Counted from the stretch's first letter, positions 36,325 to 47,252 are shown. The stretch: DNA of 49,879 bases from Thermodesulfobium acidiphilum (GCF_003057965.1 NZ_CP020921.1:1724916-1774794); one strand, 5' to 3'. Notes: generated by a model from the letters alone, not told the origin. Numbers and translations are program-made.

Positions 36325-37776
36325 ATGTCAAAACTACTCGTCAGATCTTATTGTGCCGATTCACAAACTCCCATAAGTTTGTATGAAAAGTTAAAAAATC
36401 TGCCTTATTCCTTTTTGCTGGAAAGTAAAACCTTTAATAAGCTCTCAAGATATTCATTTTTAGGAGCTTTCCCAAGATTTATAATTTCTACGGATACAGA
36501 ATCCACAAGAATAATCGCGGATATGGATCTTGAAAATATTGGGATTAAAAACACGTATACTACAGATTCGCTTATAGACGTCTTAGAAAATGTATTCAAA
36601 AAACTACCAAAAGTTGACGCAATATGTCCTTTTAGTTCAGGAATAGTCGGTTACATTGGCTATGAATGTGTAAGATTTTATGAAAAATCCCTAAAATTTG
36701 ATAAACCAGCGATATTTCCTGATGCAATGCTCTTTTTCCCTGGCTTAATCATTGCATTTGATCACTTTACCGATACCATTTATCTTATGAGCCATGCTCT
36801 TTATAAATCAGATGAAAAGAGGGCAGAATTTTTTATTAACGAGGGTGAAAAATTTATTCAATCAACAAACAATTTAAATTCAGCGAGTAAAAGCTGTTTA
36901 CCTAATCAAGATCTTTCGCAAGGTGAAGGTGAAGACAGTAACAGTAATAGCATAAAAAGTCACATAAAAAAAGCAGATTTCGAGAATGCAGTAAGAAGGA
37001 TTAAAGAGTATATAAGAAATGGCGACACTTTCCAAACAGTTCTTTCCCAAAGACTCTCTTCAAATTTTTTTGGTAACCCCTATGAATTTTATAGAAACTT
37101 AAGAAGATTAAACCCATCCCCTTACTTATTTCACATAAAATTAAACGATATTGTAATATCAGGCTCATCGCCCGAGACTTTCCTTACATTAAGAGATGGG
37201 AAACTTTTTTCAAGACCCATAGCTGGGACCAGAAAAAGGGGGAAAGATCCTGTTGAGGACAAAAAACTTGCGAAAGAACTCTTATCTGATCCGAAGGAAT
37301 GCGCAGAGCACGTTATGCTAGTAGACCTAGCAAGAAACGACCTTGGTAGAGTTTGCGTTCCATCATCTGTAAAAGTTGAGGAATTTATGAAAGTTGAAAA
37401 CTACTCTCATGTAATGCACATCGTTAGCGAGGTTACAGGAATATTAGACAAAAATATAAGCCCCCTAGAAGCGTTCTTCGCTTCATTCCCAGCAGGAACG
37501 GTGTCTGGTGCTCCAAAAATTAGAGCAATGGAAATAATAAATTCCATAGAAAGCGAGAGAAGAGGACCATATGCTGGAGCAGTCGGTTATTTTGATTTAA
37601 GTTCAAATTTCGATACTTGCATAGCAATAAGAACAGCTTTTTTTAAAGGTAATAAAATTTACTTACAAGCAGGCGCAGGTATAGTTGCAGACTCAGATCC
37701 GTCTAGCGAATATCTAGAAACAATTCATAAGGCAAAGGCTCTTTTATCTATTGTAAACAAAGGAAACAACCTATGA
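36325..37776 (+). CDS. trpE: Anthranilate synthase component I
   Basis: FLLES, NPSPY, RPIAGTRKRG, EHVMLVDLARND and FPAGTVSGAPK. Start set at the second ATG, after the GAGGAG SD. Confidence 0.95.
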   Translation: MSKLLVRSYCADSQTPISLYEKLKNLPYSFLLESKTFNKLSRYSFLGAFPRFIISTDTESTRIIADMDLENIGIKNTYTTDSLIDVLENVFKKLPKVDAICPFSSGIVGYIGYECVRFYEKSLKFDKPAIFPDAMLFFPGLIIAFDHFTDTIYLMSHALYKSDEKRAEFFINEGEKFIQSTNNLNSASKSCLPNQDLSQGEGEDSNSNSIKSHIKKADFENAVRRIKEYIRNGDTFQTVLSQRLSSNFFGNPYEFYRNLRRLNPSPYLFHIKLNDIVISGSSPETFLTLRDGKLFSRPIAGTRKRGKDPVEDKKLAKELLSDPKECAEHVMLVDLARNDLGRVCVPSSVKVEEFMKVENYSHVMHIVSEVTGILDKNISPLEAFFASFPAGTVSGAPKIRAMEIINSIESERRGPYAGAVGYFDLSSNFDTCIAIRTAFFKGNKIYLQAGAGIVADSDPSSEYLETIHKAKALLSIVNKGNNL

Positions 37777-38363
37777 GAGAGAGACTTTTGATTGTTGATA
37801 ACTTTGATTCCTTTACTTACAACTTAGTTCAGGGATTCGCTAAAATTAGAAGAACAAAAAAGGATATGTTAGTATTAAGAGACAATGAACCATTCAAAAA
37901 GGTCCTAGAATTCAATCCTGAGAGACTAGTAATATCGCCCGGACCTGGACACCCAAAAGATTGTAATCTTTCTTCAAAAGTATTTGAATATGCAGTAAAA
38001 ACTAAAAAACCGCTCTTAGGAGTTTGCCTTGGTCACCAATTGATTGGGTACCTTTCTGGAGCTAAGGTTGTCAGAGCAAATAATCTAATGCACGGAAAAA
38101 CTAGCATGATTAATTTTGTAGATGATCCTATCTTTTCAGGATTAAAAAAACCATTCCAGGCAATGAGATACCATTCGCTGTGCTTAGACGAAAAAAGTTT
38201 ACCAAAAGACCTTACAATACTTGCAAAAAGTTCTGACGACAACATAATAATGGCACTAAAATATAAAGATTTACCTATTTATGGGCTTCAGTTTCATCCA
38301 GAATCAATTATGACTTCTGTTGGCCAAAAAATTCTCAAAAATTTTTTAAATTTAAAAACATAA
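37773..38363 (+). CDS. trpG: Anthranilate synthase component II (glutamine amidotransferase)
   Basis: DNFDSFTYNL, SPGPG, GVCLGHQ and QFHPES motifs. Confidence 0.95.
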   Translation: MRERLLIVDNFDSFTYNLVQGFAKIRRTKKDMLVLRDNEPFKKVLEFNPERLVISPGPGHPKDCNLSSKVFEYAVKTKKPLLGVCLGHQLIGYLSGAKVVRANNLMHGKTSMINFVDDPIFSGLKKPFQAMRYHSLCLDEKSLPKDLTILAKSSDDNIIMALKYKDLPIYGLQFHPESIMTSVGQKILKNFLNLKT

Positions 38364-38391
38364 AAACAAAAAGATGAGAGGAGAGAGACAG

Positions 38392-39405
38392 GTGGTAAAA
38401 GGTATTTTAGACAAAATTTTAAATAATAAACACCTTTCAGAAGAAGAGGCAAAAGATCTTATGGACAATATAATGGATGCAAGATTTACACAAAGTCAAA
38501 TCAGTGCAATTCTTGTCGGACTCAGGATGAAGAGAGAAACTCCAGAAGAGCTAACTGGTTTTGTAAAATCAATGAGAGAACACGCAAAAAAAATCAAAAC
38601 TAGACACTCGATTGTTGTCGATACTTGTGGAACTGGAGGTGATGGTCTCAAAACGTTTAACATCTCTACTGCAAGTGCCTTTGTAGTTGCAGGAGCAGGA
38701 ATTCCCGTAGCAAAGCATGGCAATAGGAGCGTCTCAAGCTCTTCTGGTTCTGCAGACGTTTTAGAAAGATTGGGTTTTAATATAAATCTTAATACTCAAG
38801 CAATAGAAGATTGTCTTAATCACATAGGGATAGCCTTTTTGTTCGCACCGCTACTTCATCCTTCAATGAAAAATGTAGCCTTAACAAGAAGAGAACTTGG
38901 CATTAGAACGTTCTTTAATATCTTAGGACCGCTTACCAATCCAGCCGGGGTAGACAATCAAGTAATAGGGGTATTTGACAAATCAATAATGCCAACATTA
39001 GCCGAAGTAATAAAAAACCTCAATCCAAAACATATCTATTTAGTCCACGGTGCAGGAGGAATGGATGAGCTATCACTAGAAGGTCCAAATTATGTAATCG
39101 AAATTAGAGGGAATAAATCAAGAGAGTTCTTTTTAGACCCTGAGCAATACAATTTTCAAAAAGTTTCATCATCAGAATTTGTAGTGAAAAATTCCGAAGA
39201 AAGTGCAAAAAGGATAATAAAAATTCTAAGAGGTGAAAAGAGTTTTGACAAGGATATAGTAGTCTTAAATGCTGCTATAGCAATAATGGCTTCAGATTAT
39301 ACTTCAGATTTCAAGGAAGCAATTATGATGGCAAAGGATTCAATTGACTCAAAATTAGCTCTATCAAAATTTGAAACTCTAAAAACTTACACAAATACGT
39401 TATGA
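38392..39405 (+). CDS. trpD: Anthranilate phosphoribosyltransferase
   Basis: DTCGTGGDG, NISTA, KHGNR and GMDE; GTG start after a GAGGAG SD. Confidence 0.95.
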   Translation: MVKGILDKILNNKHLSEEEAKDLMDNIMDARFTQSQISAILVGLRMKRETPEELTGFVKSMREHAKKIKTRHSIVVDTCGTGGDGLKTFNISTASAFVVAGAGIPVAKHGNRSVSSSSGSADVLERLGFNINLNTQAIEDCLNHIGIAFLFAPLLHPSMKNVALTRRELGIRTFFNILGPLTNPAGVDNQVIGVFDKSIMPTLAEVIKNLNPKHIYLVHGAGGMDELSLEGPNYVIEIRGNKSREFFLDPEQYNFQKVSSSEFVVKNSEESAKRIIKILRGEKSFDKDIVVLNAAIAIMASDYTSDFKEAIMMAKDSIDSKLALSKFETLKTYTNTL

Positions 39406-40196
39406 ACATCTTAGAAGAAGTTTCAAAAAGGGAAATAGAAGAGTTCAATCAAAGAAGGGAATTTCTAAGTTTACTTAAAAAATACGGAAGAATATATCCT
39501 GTTATATCATTTTCTAACGCCCTTACACCAATAAGTATTATAGGAGAATTCAAACCAGCTTCACCTGTAAAGGGGACCTTTATAAAAGATCCTAAAAAAG
39601 AGATTAGAAATTTTATTGATGTCTACCAAAACATTGGCTGCAAAGCTATTTCAGTTTTAACAAACAAAAGAGATTTTAAAGGAGATCCGTTATACATTTC
39701 CTACATAAAAACATTTTGCAATCTCCCTATTTTGTATAAAAATTTCATTCTTTTAGAAGATCAAATAGAAGAAGCCTTTTTATTAGGTGCTGATTGTGTA
39801 CTACTTATAGTATCTATTTTAGGAGAAAAAAGATTAAGAGATTTATATACTTTCGCCAATAAGCTTGGTCTTGATTCTTTAATAGAAATTCACGATGAAA
39901 GAGAATTACAGGTAGCTCTAGAAATAAAACCAAAAATAATTGGCATTAATAATAGAAATCTAAAAACTTTTGAAGTTGATATTAATAATACCTTTAGGCT
40001 ATCAAAAGCTATACCTGCTGAAATCAAAATAGTTTCAGAATCAGGAATAAAGTCTTTAGAAGAAATTGATAGACTTCTTAAATATGGTATTTCAGGAGCT
40101 CTTATAGGAGAAACAATGGTAAATCTAGTCCACAAAACTGATTATTTAAAGCTTAAAAATTTTTTAACAAATAATAAAGCTAAGAATGCTTATTAA
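39402..40196 (+). CDS. trpC: Indole-3-glycerol phosphate synthase
   Basis: EFKPASP, ISVLT, GINNRNL and VSESGI motifs. Confidence 0.94.
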   Translation: MNILEEVSKREIEEFNQRREFLSLLKKYGRIYPVISFSNALTPISIIGEFKPASPVKGTFIKDPKKEIRNFIDVYQNIGCKAISVLTNKRDFKGDPLYISYIKTFCNLPILYKNFILLEDQIEEAFLLGADCVLLIVSILGEKRLRDLYTFANKLGLDSLIEIHDERELQVALEIKPKIIGINNRNLKTFEVDINNTFRLSKAIPAEIKIVSESGIKSLEEIDRLLKYGISGALIGETMVNLVHKTDYLKLKNFLTNNKAKNAY

Positions 40197-40809
40197 AATC
40201 TGTGGCATTAGAAATCTCGAAGATGCAATTGTATCAAGCTCATTTAATCCAGATTATTTGGGTTTAATATTTTGCGATAGCCCTAGAAAAGTTGATATAG
40301 CAACAGGTAAAAAGATAGTAAACAGCTTAAGCAATAAAAAATTTATAGGAGTCTTTCAAAATAACCCCATAGAAGAAGTATTAGAAATTGCAAAAAGTTG
40401 CAATCTATTCGGCGTTCAACTCCACGGAGAAGAAGATCCAAGGGATATTGAGATTGTCAAGGAAAATAAATTTATAGCAATAAAGGCGTTTAGAATAGAA
40501 AATAGTCTTCCTAAAAACCTTTCAGAATATAAGCCTGATTATTTTCTGTTTGATAAAGTAAAAGGAATAAAAAATTTAAATACCGACGCTTTAAAGGATT
40601 ACAACTTAAATATTTTATTCCTTATTGCTGGTGGACTAAGTAGTGAAAACGTTTTAGATATAATAACAAAAATCTCAAAGCCTCAGTTTTGCGGAGTTGA
40701 TCTGGCATCTGGTGTTGAAAGGGGAAACAAAAAAGACCCTGTTCTCTTAAAAAATTTTTTTAGTGCGCTTAAAAAACAAACTCTTTTTGGAGGTCAAAAA
40801 GTTGAATAA
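40186..40809 (+). CDS. trpF: Phosphoribosylanthranilate isomerase
   Basis: IKICGI, VQLHGEE, IAGGL and DLASGVE motifs. Confidence 0.94.
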   Translation: MLIKICGIRNLEDAIVSSSFNPDYLGLIFCDSPRKVDIATGKKIVNSLSNKKFIGVFQNNPIEEVLEIAKSCNLFGVQLHGEEDPRDIEIVKENKFIAIKAFRIENSLPKNLSEYKPDYFLFDKVKGIKNLNTDALKDYNLNILFLIAGGLSSENVLDIITKISKPQFCGVDLASGVERGNKKDPVLLKNFFSALKKQTLFGGQKVE

Positions 40810-41995
40810 AACTTTAAATGGAAATTTTGGTAAATTTGGTGGTGCTTTTGTCCCAGAAACCCTTATATATGCTCTTGATGAATTAGAAAATTATTACAAC
40901 AAAATTAAGGGAAATAGAGATTTTTTCAGAGAATTTAATAACTTGCTAACAGAGTATGCAGGAAGGCCAACACCACTAACATATGCCCCTAATTTTTCCC
41001 GAAGATTTGAAATTAATACATATTTAAAAAGAGAAGATCTGTTACACACAGGAGCTCATAAACTAAATAATTGTCTTGGACAGGGTTTGATCGCCAAAGG
41101 ATTGAATAAAAAAAGAATTATTGCTGAAACGGGAGCAGGCCAACATGGCGTAGCCACAGCTACAGTTTGTGCATTTTTGAAGATACCCTGTGAAATATAC
41201 ATGGGTTCGATTGATTATGAAAGGCAAAAGTTAAACGTATTTAGAATGCAACTTCTTGGCGCAAGAGTAAATAAAGTCGAGAGCGGTTCAAAAACTCTAA
41301 AAGATGCAATGAACGAAGCCTTGAGAGATTGGGTAACAAATATCAATACCACACATTATATGATTGGATCAGCCGCTGGCCCACACCCTTTTCCGACTAT
41401 AGTTAGAGATTTTCAAAGAGTAATTGGTGAAGAAGCAAGATCTCAAATCTTTAAAAGCACAGGTTCACTTCCTGACGCGATCTTTGCTTGCGTTGGAGGC
41501 GGTAGTAATTCTATAGGTCTATTTAAAGCCTTTGTTCAAGATGAAAACGTCAAAATTTTTGGCGCAGAAGCAGCTGGCAAGGGTATACAAACTGGTCTGC
41601 ATTCAGCCACTCTTTCAGCAGGTAGGCCGGGTGTACTACACGGTTCGCTTAGTTATCTTTTACAAGATTCTGATGGGCAGGTAAAAGAAGCTCATTCTAT
41701 TGCTCCTGGCCTAGATTACCCTGGAGTTGGACCAGAGCATTCATATCTAAAAGAATCAAGAAGAGCTATATATGAGGGGATAACTGATGATGAAGCATTA
41801 GAAGCACTTGAAATTCTTGCAAAAGAAGAGGGGATAATTTGTGCTCTTGAGAGCGCACACGCTGTAGCTCTAGCAATAAAAAAGGCAAAGGAATTAGGAA
41901 AGGGTAGCACAATTATTATAAGTCTATCTGGCAGAGGAGATAAAGATATGCAAACAATTATGAAGAGTCTGGAGGCAAAGGATGAGCAAAATTAG
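40802..41995 (+). CDS. trpB: Tryptophan synthase beta chain
   Basis: [21 protein letters not shown] and [11 protein letters not shown] start 40802 after GGAGG. Confidence 0.97.
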   Translation: MNKTLNGNFGKFGGAFVPETLIYALDELENYYNKIKGNRDFFREFNNLLTEYAGRPTPLTYAPNFSRRFEINTYLKREDLLHTGAHKLNNCLGQGLIAKGLNKKRIIAETGAGQHGVATATVCAFLKIPCEIYMGSIDYERQKLNVFRMQLLGARVNKVESGSKTLKDAMNEALRDWVTNINTTHYMIGSAAGPHPFPTIVRDFQRVIGEEARSQIFKSTGSLPDAIFACVGGGSNSIGLFKAFVQDENVKIFGAEAAGKGIQTGLHSATLSAGRPGVLHGSLSYLLQDSDGQVKEAHSIAPGLDYPGVGPEHSYLKESRRAIYEGITDDEALEALEILAKEEGIICALESAHAVALAIKKAKELGKGSTIIISLSGRGDKDMQTIMKSLEAKDEQN

Positions 41996-42740
41996 AGAGA
42001 TTTTAAAAGAAAAGAAAACTTTGATTCCTTTTTTACCTGCTGGGTATCCGTCACTAAATGCCACCAAACAGTTTGTTGAAGTATTAGTAGAATGTGGAAT
42101 AAAAGCAATTGAAATTGGTATTCCGTTTTCAGATCCAGTTGCGGATGGCCCTACTATTACAAACAGTTATTCTTTCGCTATAAAAAATGGAATAAAAAGT
42201 GAAGACGTTTATCTTTTATCAGAAGAATTAAAGGAAAAATACAAGATTGCAATTATTCCGATGCTTTATTATAATTTAATCTATAATAAGGGGGAAGAAA
42301 ATTTCGCAAAAAGGATCTCTTCCTTTGCAGATGCAGTAATAGTACCAGATCTACCCTTCAGAGAGTCTCATAGACTAAGACCTCATCTTGAAAAATTTAA
42401 CATCTCTTACATTCCTTTTGCAACGCCAAATATAAGGGAAGAGGATATCAAAACTATCTCAAAATATACAAACGCGTTTATATATGCTGTAACAGTTTTT
42501 GGCATTACGGGTGCAAGATCTAGTTATAGCAAAAACACCTATAATTATTTAGAGTACGTAAAAAAGATCAGTTCAAACTATGTAGCCGCTGGATTTGGGG
42601 TTAGTTCAAAAGAGCAATTTGAAAAATTACCAACTGACGCGGTAATTATAGGAAGCGCTTTAATTAAGCAAATTGATCCTGATAATATTGGAAAGAGTAA
42701 GGAAAATATTAAAAAACTAATAAATAGCATAATTATTTAA
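41982..42740 (+). CDS. trpA: Tryptophan synthase alpha chain
   Basis: [25 protein letters not shown] and IGSA motifs. Confidence 0.96.
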   Translation: MSKIREILKEKKTLIPFLPAGYPSLNATKQFVEVLVECGIKAIEIGIPFSDPVADGPTITNSYSFAIKNGIKSEDVYLLSEELKEKYKIAIIPMLYYNLIYNKGEENFAKRISSFADAVIVPDLPFRESHRLRPHLEKFNISYIPFATPNIREEDIKTISKYTNAFIYAVTVFGITGARSSYSKNTYNYLEYVKKISSNYVAAGFGVSSKEQFEKLPTDAVIIGSALIKQIDPDNIGKSKENIKKLINSIII

Positions 42741-42933
42741 ATTGTTTCTTGATAAACATTTATTTATTCCTATAAGGAAATAAAGAGTTAAGAAGAAAAC
42801 GTACAGAGAATTTTAATTTATTTAGGATGAATTTAATAAATGTTCTTTTATACAATAAAATAAAATTCTTATGTACTATAGAGCATAAATATTAGTATAA
42901 TACACAAAAGTATAAACAAATTTCGGAGGAAAT

Positions 42934-44772
42934 TTGACAAACAAAAATTTAAAAAACAACTTAACCATTTTTCTTCAAAATCTTGACAACATACCTTTTG
43001 TAGACAAAGTAAGAACAAAGGAGGCAAAAAGGTATCTTTATGTCCCAGTACTAATAGGAATTGCAGTTGGTATCTCAGCCGTAGCGTTTTTATTAGCTTT
43101 ACATTATACCTCTGTTGTTTTCTTGAATATGCTGGTTGGCTATTATCCACCGGAAGTTACAGGAGAAGGTGGGAACCCAGAATTATATCATATTATTATT
43201 GCAAGACCCTATTTATTTCCAGTAAGCGTTGCGCTTGGCGGTTTAATATCAGGATTATTAATATATAAATTTGCACCAGAAGCAAGTGGTGCTGGAACAA
43301 ACGCAGCTATAAAAGCATATCATTTTGAAAAAGCAATAATTAATATAAAAACAACTTTTATAAAACTTCTAGCTTCAACACTAACAATTGGTGCAGGCGG
43401 AACCTCTGGAAGAGAGGGGCCAATGTCTTTAATTGGTGCAGGGCTGGGTTCTTTTATAGCACAAAAATTAAATTTAAGTGAAAGAGAAAGAAGAATAGCC
43501 CTAGCAGCAGGATTGGGGGCTGGGCTTGGGGCAGTCTTTAGAGCACCTCTTGCCGGAGCCATAGTAGGCGCTGAAGTATTTTATAAAAAAGACTTTGAAA
43601 TACAATCTATGTTAAGTTGCTTTATTGCAGCAATAATTGCATATACGTGTGTGGGCCTTACCTTTGGGTTTGAACCATTGTTTTACGTTCATGTAGATGC
43701 ATATAAAAACTTTAAAATAGTAGTACTACTTCAGTATATAATACTTGGGTTAGCCTGTATGTTAGTTGCAAAATCTATAATGACATCATTTTTCTTATCA
43801 AAAAAACTTGCAGACATATTGCCAGTACCTAAATATATGATTCAACCAATAGGAGGATTCGTTACAGGATCAATTGGGATTATAAGTCCTGTGGTTATTG
43901 GCAGTGGTTATGGTTGGATCCAGCTCATTACAGATAAAAGGATTGATATCATAACGCCTCAATTTACAATTATTGGAATTATTGCAATGATATTAGCATT
44001 AGGCTTTACTTTAGGTTTCAATAGCCCAGGAGGCGTATTTGGTCCATCGCTTGTCTCAGGCGGACTTACAGGGTTTGCTGTTAGCAATTTTCTATCAAAC
44101 ATAATTTCAAACAATAATCTTGATATCACGTCATTTACTATAGTAGGAATGATGTCAGTTTACGCAGCAGTATCAAAAGCTCCATTATCAACAATAGTTA
44201 TGGTTGCGGAAATGAGCCACGGTTATGACCTACTTATCCCTTCAATGATTTCTGTATTTATAGCTGACTTTTTCTCAGGGCATCAAAGTATATATAGCGC
44301 TCAAGTAGAAAGAAGGATCGATTCACCAGCATATCAGGACGAGTGTATATCTCACTATTTAACCCATATAAAGATTAAGGAAGCAATGCAAAAACCCCTC
44401 ACAGCTAGCCCAGATCTAAAAGTATCTGAAATTGAAGACATTATGACAAAAAATATCTACACAGGCATTCCAATTACCGATAATGGCTTTTTAGTTGGAA
44501 TGATAACCAAAACTGATCTATGGAAAGCAAGAGGACTCGATAAAAACAAAATCTATGCAAGGGATATAATGACAAAAAATTTAATAACATTAACTCCTGA
44601 TGATTCATTGTACGACTTTATGAAAATAATTGTCTCAAAGGGTATTGGAAGAGTACCAATAGTCAAAGATAAAATGAGTAATGAATTAGTTGGCATAATT
44701 AGCAGATCAGACATTGGAAGAATTATGAGAGAAGAAACAAGTGAAGATATTCTCTCTACTACAGGAGTATAA
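42934..44772 (+). CDS. CLC-family chloride channel/antiporter with two CBS domains
   Basis: GREGP (gating Glu), FRAPLAG, GVFGP and C-terminal CBS pair; TTG start with GGAGG. Confidence 0.92.
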   Translation: MTNKNLKNNLTIFLQNLDNIPFVDKVRTKEAKRYLYVPVLIGIAVGISAVAFLLALHYTSVVFLNMLVGYYPPEVTGEGGNPELYHIIIARPYLFPVSVALGGLISGLLIYKFAPEASGAGTNAAIKAYHFEKAIINIKTTFIKLLASTLTIGAGGTSGREGPMSLIGAGLGSFIAQKLNLSERERRIALAAGLGAGLGAVFRAPLAGAIVGAEVFYKKDFEIQSMLSCFIAAIIAYTCVGLTFGFEPLFYVHVDAYKNFKIVVLLQYIILGLACMLVAKSIMTSFFLSKKLADILPVPKYMIQPIGGFVTGSIGIISPVVIGSGYGWIQLITDKRIDIITPQFTIIGIIAMILALGFTLGFNSPGGVFGPSLVSGGLTGFAVSNFLSNIISNNNLDITSFTIVGMMSVYAAVSKAPLSTIVMVAEMSHGYDLLIPSMISVFIADFFSGHQSIYSAQVERRIDSPAYQDECISHYLTHIKIKEAMQKPLTASPDLKVSEIEDIMTKNIYTGIPITDNGFLVGMITKTDLWKARGLDKNKIYARDIMTKNLITLTPDDSLYDFMKIIVSKGIGRVPIVKDKMSNELVGIISRSDIGRIMREETSEDILSTTGV

Positions 44773-44784
44773 GTAAATTGTCAA

Positions 44785-45456
44785 TCAATGTTCAACAGGG
44801 GTTTCTTTTATTATTTTCCCAGAAGAGATATATAAAATTCTGTCTCCAATTCTTTTAGCTTCTTCATGATCGTGAGTTACAAGCAAAAAAGGAATTTTAA
44901 AATCTTTTTGAAAAGATCTAAGCTCATTGCCAAGCTTTAGCCTAATCTCATAGTCTAAAGCAGAAAGAGGTTCATCAAGCAGAATAAGATTTGGTTCTGT
45001 CATTAAGGCTCTTGCCAAAGCCACCCTTTGCCTTTCTCCACCAGAAATTTTTAAAGGAAATAAATTTCTCAAATGTTTTATATTAAACTTTTCCAATAAT
45101 TCTTCAGCCCGTTTAATAGTCTCTTTATCTTTAGAATTCTTTACACCATAAATAATATTATTAAAAACGCTCATATGAGGAAATAGTGCATAATCTTGAA
45201 ACATCATACTAAACTTTCTCTCTTGAGGCTTAACAAAAATTTTTTTGTCAGTATCATCAAAAATTTTGCCATCAAAACAAACATACCCTTTATCCATTCT
45301 CTTTAAACCTGCAATAATTTTAAGCGTTGTCGTCTTTCCACATCCAGAAGGCCCAAAAAAAACTAAGATCTCATTAGAAACATTAAATTCCAAATTAAGG
45401 TCAAAATTAAACAGTTTTTTAAAAATATTACAGCTTAACATTATTTTTTTCTTCAT
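44785..45456 (-). CDS. modC: Molybdate ABC transporter ATP-binding protein
   Basis: GPSGCGKTT, FQDYALFPH, SGGERQR and LDEP; in mod operon. Confidence 0.9.
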   Translation of the reverse strand: MKKKIMLSCNIFKKLFNFDLNLEFNVSNEILVFFGPSGCGKTTTLKIIAGLKRMDKGYVCFDGKIFDDTDKKIFVKPQERKFSMMFQDYALFPHMSVFNNIIYGVKNSKDKETIKRAEELLEKFNIKHLRNLFPLKISGGERQRVALARALMTEPNLILLDEPLSALDYEIRLKLGNELRSFQKDFKIPFLLVTHDHEEAKRIGDRILYISSGKIIKETPVEH

Positions 45457-46120
45457 TTCTATAACTTAATTTGTTTTTTGACCATCTATTAGATAAAAAT
45501 ATTAAAAATAAATTGATTATACATATTATTAGAACATAAATTCCAGCACCTTTAATGTCTCCGTTTTCAGTTGCAAAAAATATCTGAATAGGTATTGTAT
45601 TGGTCTTTCCAGGAATATCACCTGCTACCATAATTGTTGCACCAAATTCACCAAGTGCTCTCGCAAAAGCTAAAATAAATCCTGATATTAGTCCAGGTAA
45701 AGAAAGGGGCAAAGTAATTGTAAAAAAAATTTTCCAATTACCAGCTCCAAGAGTTCTTGCAGCATCTTTAAGATTTTCGTCTACACCTTCAAAAGCAGAT
45801 CTAGCGCTTTTATACATCAAAGGAAAAGCCACCAAAAAAGAGGCTATAGAAGCAGCATAAATAGTAAAAACAATAGATGTATTAAAAAGTTTTTCTAAAA
45901 GCATTCCAATGGGCCCATATTTACCTAATAAAACAAGCAGTATAAAACCTATAACAACAGGAGGTACCACCAATGGTAAAATCAAAAAACCTTCTACTAA
46001 ATCCTTACCAATAAAATCAACTTCTGACATAAATTTTGCAACCAAAATGCCAAAAATAATTAAAAAAAAGGATGCAATCCCTGCTGCTTGCAAAGATAAA
46101 ATTATTGGTACAAAATCCAT
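45428..46120 (-). CDS. modB: Molybdate ABC transporter permease
   Basis: LPLVVPPVVIG, AARTLGA and FARALGEFGAT motifs. Confidence 0.95.
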   Translation of the reverse strand: MDFVPIILSLQAAGIASFFLIIFGILVAKFMSEVDFIGKDLVEGFLILPLVVPPVVIGFILLVLLGKYGPIGMLLEKLFNTSIVFTIYAASIASFLVAFPLMYKSARSAFEGVDENLKDAARTLGAGNWKIFFTITLPLSLPGLISGFILAFARALGEFGATIMVAGDIPGKTNTIPIQIFFATENGDIKGAGIYVLIICIINLFLIFLSNRWSKNKLSYRNEEKNNVKL

Positions 46121-46144
46121 AAATTTAACAACAAATAACTATTT

Positions 46145-46930
46145 TTAATTAGGCGGTAAAAAACCGTATTCACTAAATATTTCTTGTGCTTTTTTGCTTA
46201 AAAGAAAATTCATAAATTCTTTTGCTTCAGTTGGATATTTTGTCGAACTGACAACAGCAGCATAGTATAATATGGGTTTATGAATTGAATCTAAAACAGT
46301 ATATGCTATCGTCACTCCCTTTGAGGTAGCAGCATCAGTTCTATAAACAAAACCAGCATCTACATTTCCAGTATTGACGTATTCTAAAACTTGTATAACG
46401 TCCTTACCGTAAACAAATTTTGATTTTAAATTGTCAAATATCCCAACTTTTTCAAGACTTTCCTTAGCATAAACACCTGCTGGAACGCTAGGAATTGAAC
46501 CAATAGCAATTTTTTTTACATCTGATTTTTCCAAATCTTCTAAGCTTTTTATATCAAGCAAATTTCCCTTTGGGACAATGAGTACCAGAATATTTTTTGC
46601 GAAAACGACTGAATTAGATGGATCAACAAGCTTCTCTGATTCCAGAGTTTGTAAATCTCGTACTGAAACGGGTAAAAATAAATCAACTTTTGCACCTTGT
46701 TCAATCTGTTGTCTTAAAGCACCCGAAGCACCATAATTAACGCTAATTTTAATATCTGGATGCTCCTTTTCAAAAATATCAATAATCTTATTTAAAGAAC
46801 TAGTAAGACTTGCAGCAGCAGAAATAGTAAGATTTATTTTTTTACTTTCACCAGAAGAACAACCAGATATAAGTGGAAGAACCAAGACAAGAAGCAAAAA
46901 ACTAAACAAAACAAAAAAGGTTCTTTTCAC
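46145..46930 (-). CDS. modA: Molybdate ABC transporter substrate-binding lipoprotein
   Basis: Lipobox ISGC; SAAASL, GASGAL, SVPAGVYA and GFVYRTD. GTG start at 46930 after AGGAGG; the track start 46978 lies inside the riboswitch. Confidence 0.95.
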   Translation of the reverse strand: MKRTFFVLFSFLLLVLVLPLISGCSSGESKKINLTISAAASLTSSLNKIIDIFEKEHPDIKISVNYGASGALRQQIEQGAKVDLFLPVSVRDLQTLESEKLVDPSNSVVFAKNILVLIVPKGNLLDIKSLEDLEKSDVKKIAIGSIPSVPAGVYAKESLEKVGIFDNLKSKFVYGKDVIQVLEYVNTGNVDAGFVYRTDAATSKGVTIAYTVLDSIHKPILYYAAVVSSTKYPTEAKEFMNFLLSKKAQEIFSEYGFLPPN

Positions 46931-46936
46931 GCTTTT

Positions 46937-47045
46937 CCTCCTTTTCAAAAGTGTGAAGGCATGCTCGTTTCCAAACATACCCCGTGAGTATAAAAACTCA
47001 GGCTACCTGTCATGACATAACGTTTTAGACAAAATAGCTCGGAGA
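46937..47045 (-). ncRNA. Moco RNA motif (molybdenum cofactor riboswitch candidate)
   Basis: Minus strand: P1 CTCC/GGAG (SD); P2 GCTATTTTGTC/GACAGGTAGC; P3 TGAGT/ACTCA; P4 GGTATGTTTG-GAAA-CGAGCATGCC; 3' GAAAAGGAG. Directly upstream of modA. Confidence 0.85.
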
Positions 47046-47048
47046 CCC

Positions 47049-47129
<81 letters not shown>

Positions 47130-47131
47130 AA

Positions 47132-47207
47132 TGGGGTGGATGAGGGGACTCGAACCCCCAACAACTGCAGCCACAGTGCAGTGCTCTGCCTTTGAGCTAC
47201 ATCCACC
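47132..47207 (-). tRNA. tRNA-His (anticodon GTG)
   Basis: G-1, GTGGATG/CATCCAC stem, C73, CTGCA-CT-GTG-GC-TGCAG arm, encoded CCA. Confidence 0.96.
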
Positions 47208-47221
47208 ACTCTGTCTTATAC

Positions 47222-47251
47222 ATTTTATTTTAAAAACTTTATAATTGTCAA
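47222..47251 (-). promoter_or_regulatory. Sigma-70/SigA promoter for the tRNA-His/tRNA-Arg/modABC unit
   Basis: Minus strand TTGACA-N18-TAAAAT just upstream of tRNA-His. Confidence 0.6.
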
Positions 47252-47252
47252 A

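Noticed and set aside
42741-42933. Possible fluoride riboswitch before the CLC gene
   Set aside because: No GGCGATGG-type core; only a weak hairpin after trpA.
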